Source: Pseudomonadota bacterium (lineage in GTDB: Bacteria; Pseudomonadota; Gammaproteobacteria; Xanthomonadales; Xanthomonadaceae). From it: a DNA stretch of 41,918 nt. A model generated the notes under the pieces. The model was not told the origin of the DNA. It searched no databases and saw only the letters and a list, made by a program, of their open reading frames with translations. This document shows positions 41,334-41,918 of this stretch, piece after piece (within the stretch, counting starts at the first letter, position 1; the number at the start of each line of letters is the position of its first letter). The stretch spans positions 1 to 41,918 of the forward strand of contig JAEWLO010000068.1 in NCBI GenBank assembly GCA_023457475.1, in the 5' to 3' direction. The translations under genes were made by a program, and so were the position numbers.

Positions 41334-41479
41334 GGGTGTCAGAACCCGATGTGGAGCTACAAGTTGGACGTCCTGTGTCGGGAGGGTGGCGCAATACAAA
41401 ACCCTCGCGGAAATACGTCGCACCGTAACCACATCACGGTTCTGAACCTCCCGACTCCCTCGCCATCCCGGCGAGGGAG
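41334..41479 (+). ncRNA. Structured leader with C4/CI-like antisense RNA domain (copy R)
   Basis: Outer stem GTCGGGAGG(41377-41385)/CCTCCCGAC(41447-41455). Inner stem ACCGT/ACGGT with loop CCACATC complementary to GATGTGG (41348-41354). GGTTCTGA (41438-41445) is complementary to TCAGAACC (41339-41346). 10-bp hairpin 41455-41479. Confidence 0.75.
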
Positions 41480-41498
41480 AACACAGAGGAGAACCAAG

Positions 41499-41819
41499 AT
41501 GCATGACGACTGGGCCGAACTGACCCCCGAACAACGCGCCTTCCGCAGGCGCTTCTGGCGCGCGCCGAAGAGCGTGATGATCAATGCGCTCTGCCACGAC
41601 GGCCTGGAAACCTACCCGGGCTGCCCGACCGTTCCCTGCCTGAAGACACGAGGGCTGTGGATTCGTGACCTGGGGGTTGAGCCGGGAACGCGCATGTACC
41701 TGGGCACAGGACCAGAGCTGATCGTGCTTGCTGCGGATCCGTCACGAGAGGCGCTGTCCAAGGCGCTGGTGAGGTTTGAGAAGACGGGGGAAGCGTGGAG
41801 GTTGGTGCCAGCTGGGTAG
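41499..41819 (+). CDS. Divergent SymE-like protein, 106 aa
   Basis: PCLKTRGLWIRDLGVEPGTRMYL aligns to the SymE signature; RBS GAGGAG; same leader and MHxxW start as the left SymE gene. Confidence 0.65.
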   Translation: MHDDWAELTPEQRAFRRRFWRAPKSVMINALCHDGLETYPGCPTVPCLKTRGLWIRDLGVEPGTRMYLGTGPELIVLAADPSREALSKALVRFEKTGEAWRLVPAG

Positions 41820-41830
41820 CGGAGCAGGGC

Positions 41831-41852
41831 GGGGCGGCGCTGGCGCCGCCCC
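41831..41852. terminator. GC-rich hairpin after the SymE-like gene
   Basis: GGGGCGGCGC/GCGCCGCCCC perfect inverted repeat; no U-tract, so terminator function is uncertain. Confidence 0.35.
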
Positions 41853-41899
41853 CATGGGGGACTGACGTGTGCAGGGCTCGCACTGGCCAATCGCGGGCC

Positions 41900-41918
41900 G
41901 TAGCGCCGGGCTCTGCCC
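41900..41918 (+). repeat. GTAG-type REP palindrome, cut by the window edge
   Basis: GTAG foot followed by CGCCGGGC-TCT-GCCC. Confidence 0.6.

Noticed and set aside
41322..41498. N-terminal extension of the last ORF as given in the ORF track (165 aa)
   Set aside because: This stretch is the structured leader; the RBS and homology to copy L place the start at 41499. A translated leader peptide cannot be fully excluded.

Overview
High-GC window, most likely from a Stenotrophomonas/Xanthomonas-like gammaproteobacterium (inferred from GTAG-type REP palindromes, Xanthomonas-style 60-bp attC and the glgA-glgB-treZ-malQ-treY-glgX gene order). Left to right: (1) a ClC chloride-channel pseudogene broken at two junctions; (2) a SymE-family gene coupled to an RHH-like gene, behind a structured non-coding leader; (3) a 2.6-5 kb patch of small accessory genes with integron attC sites in several states of decay, no integrase, and a second family of short palindromic repeats; (4) HAD hydrolase, Omp85-type barrel, alpha/beta hydrolase, a 1562-aa autotransporter, a membrane-anchored Mrr nuclease, orphan immunity-like genes, a WG-repeat protein, a Tat lipoprotein and a LysR/MDR pair; (5) a ~19-kb general-stress and glycogen/trehalose block; (6) a second, divergent SymE-like gene with the same type of leader. 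Top finding: the two SymE leaders, at opposite ends and pointing outward, share a C4/CI-like antisense RNA scaffold. Their recognition loops differ, yet each matches only its own upstream target, suggesting a SymE module with RNA-encoded specificity rather than the classical SymR arrangement. All family calls come from motif recognition by eye; no searches or folding programs were run.
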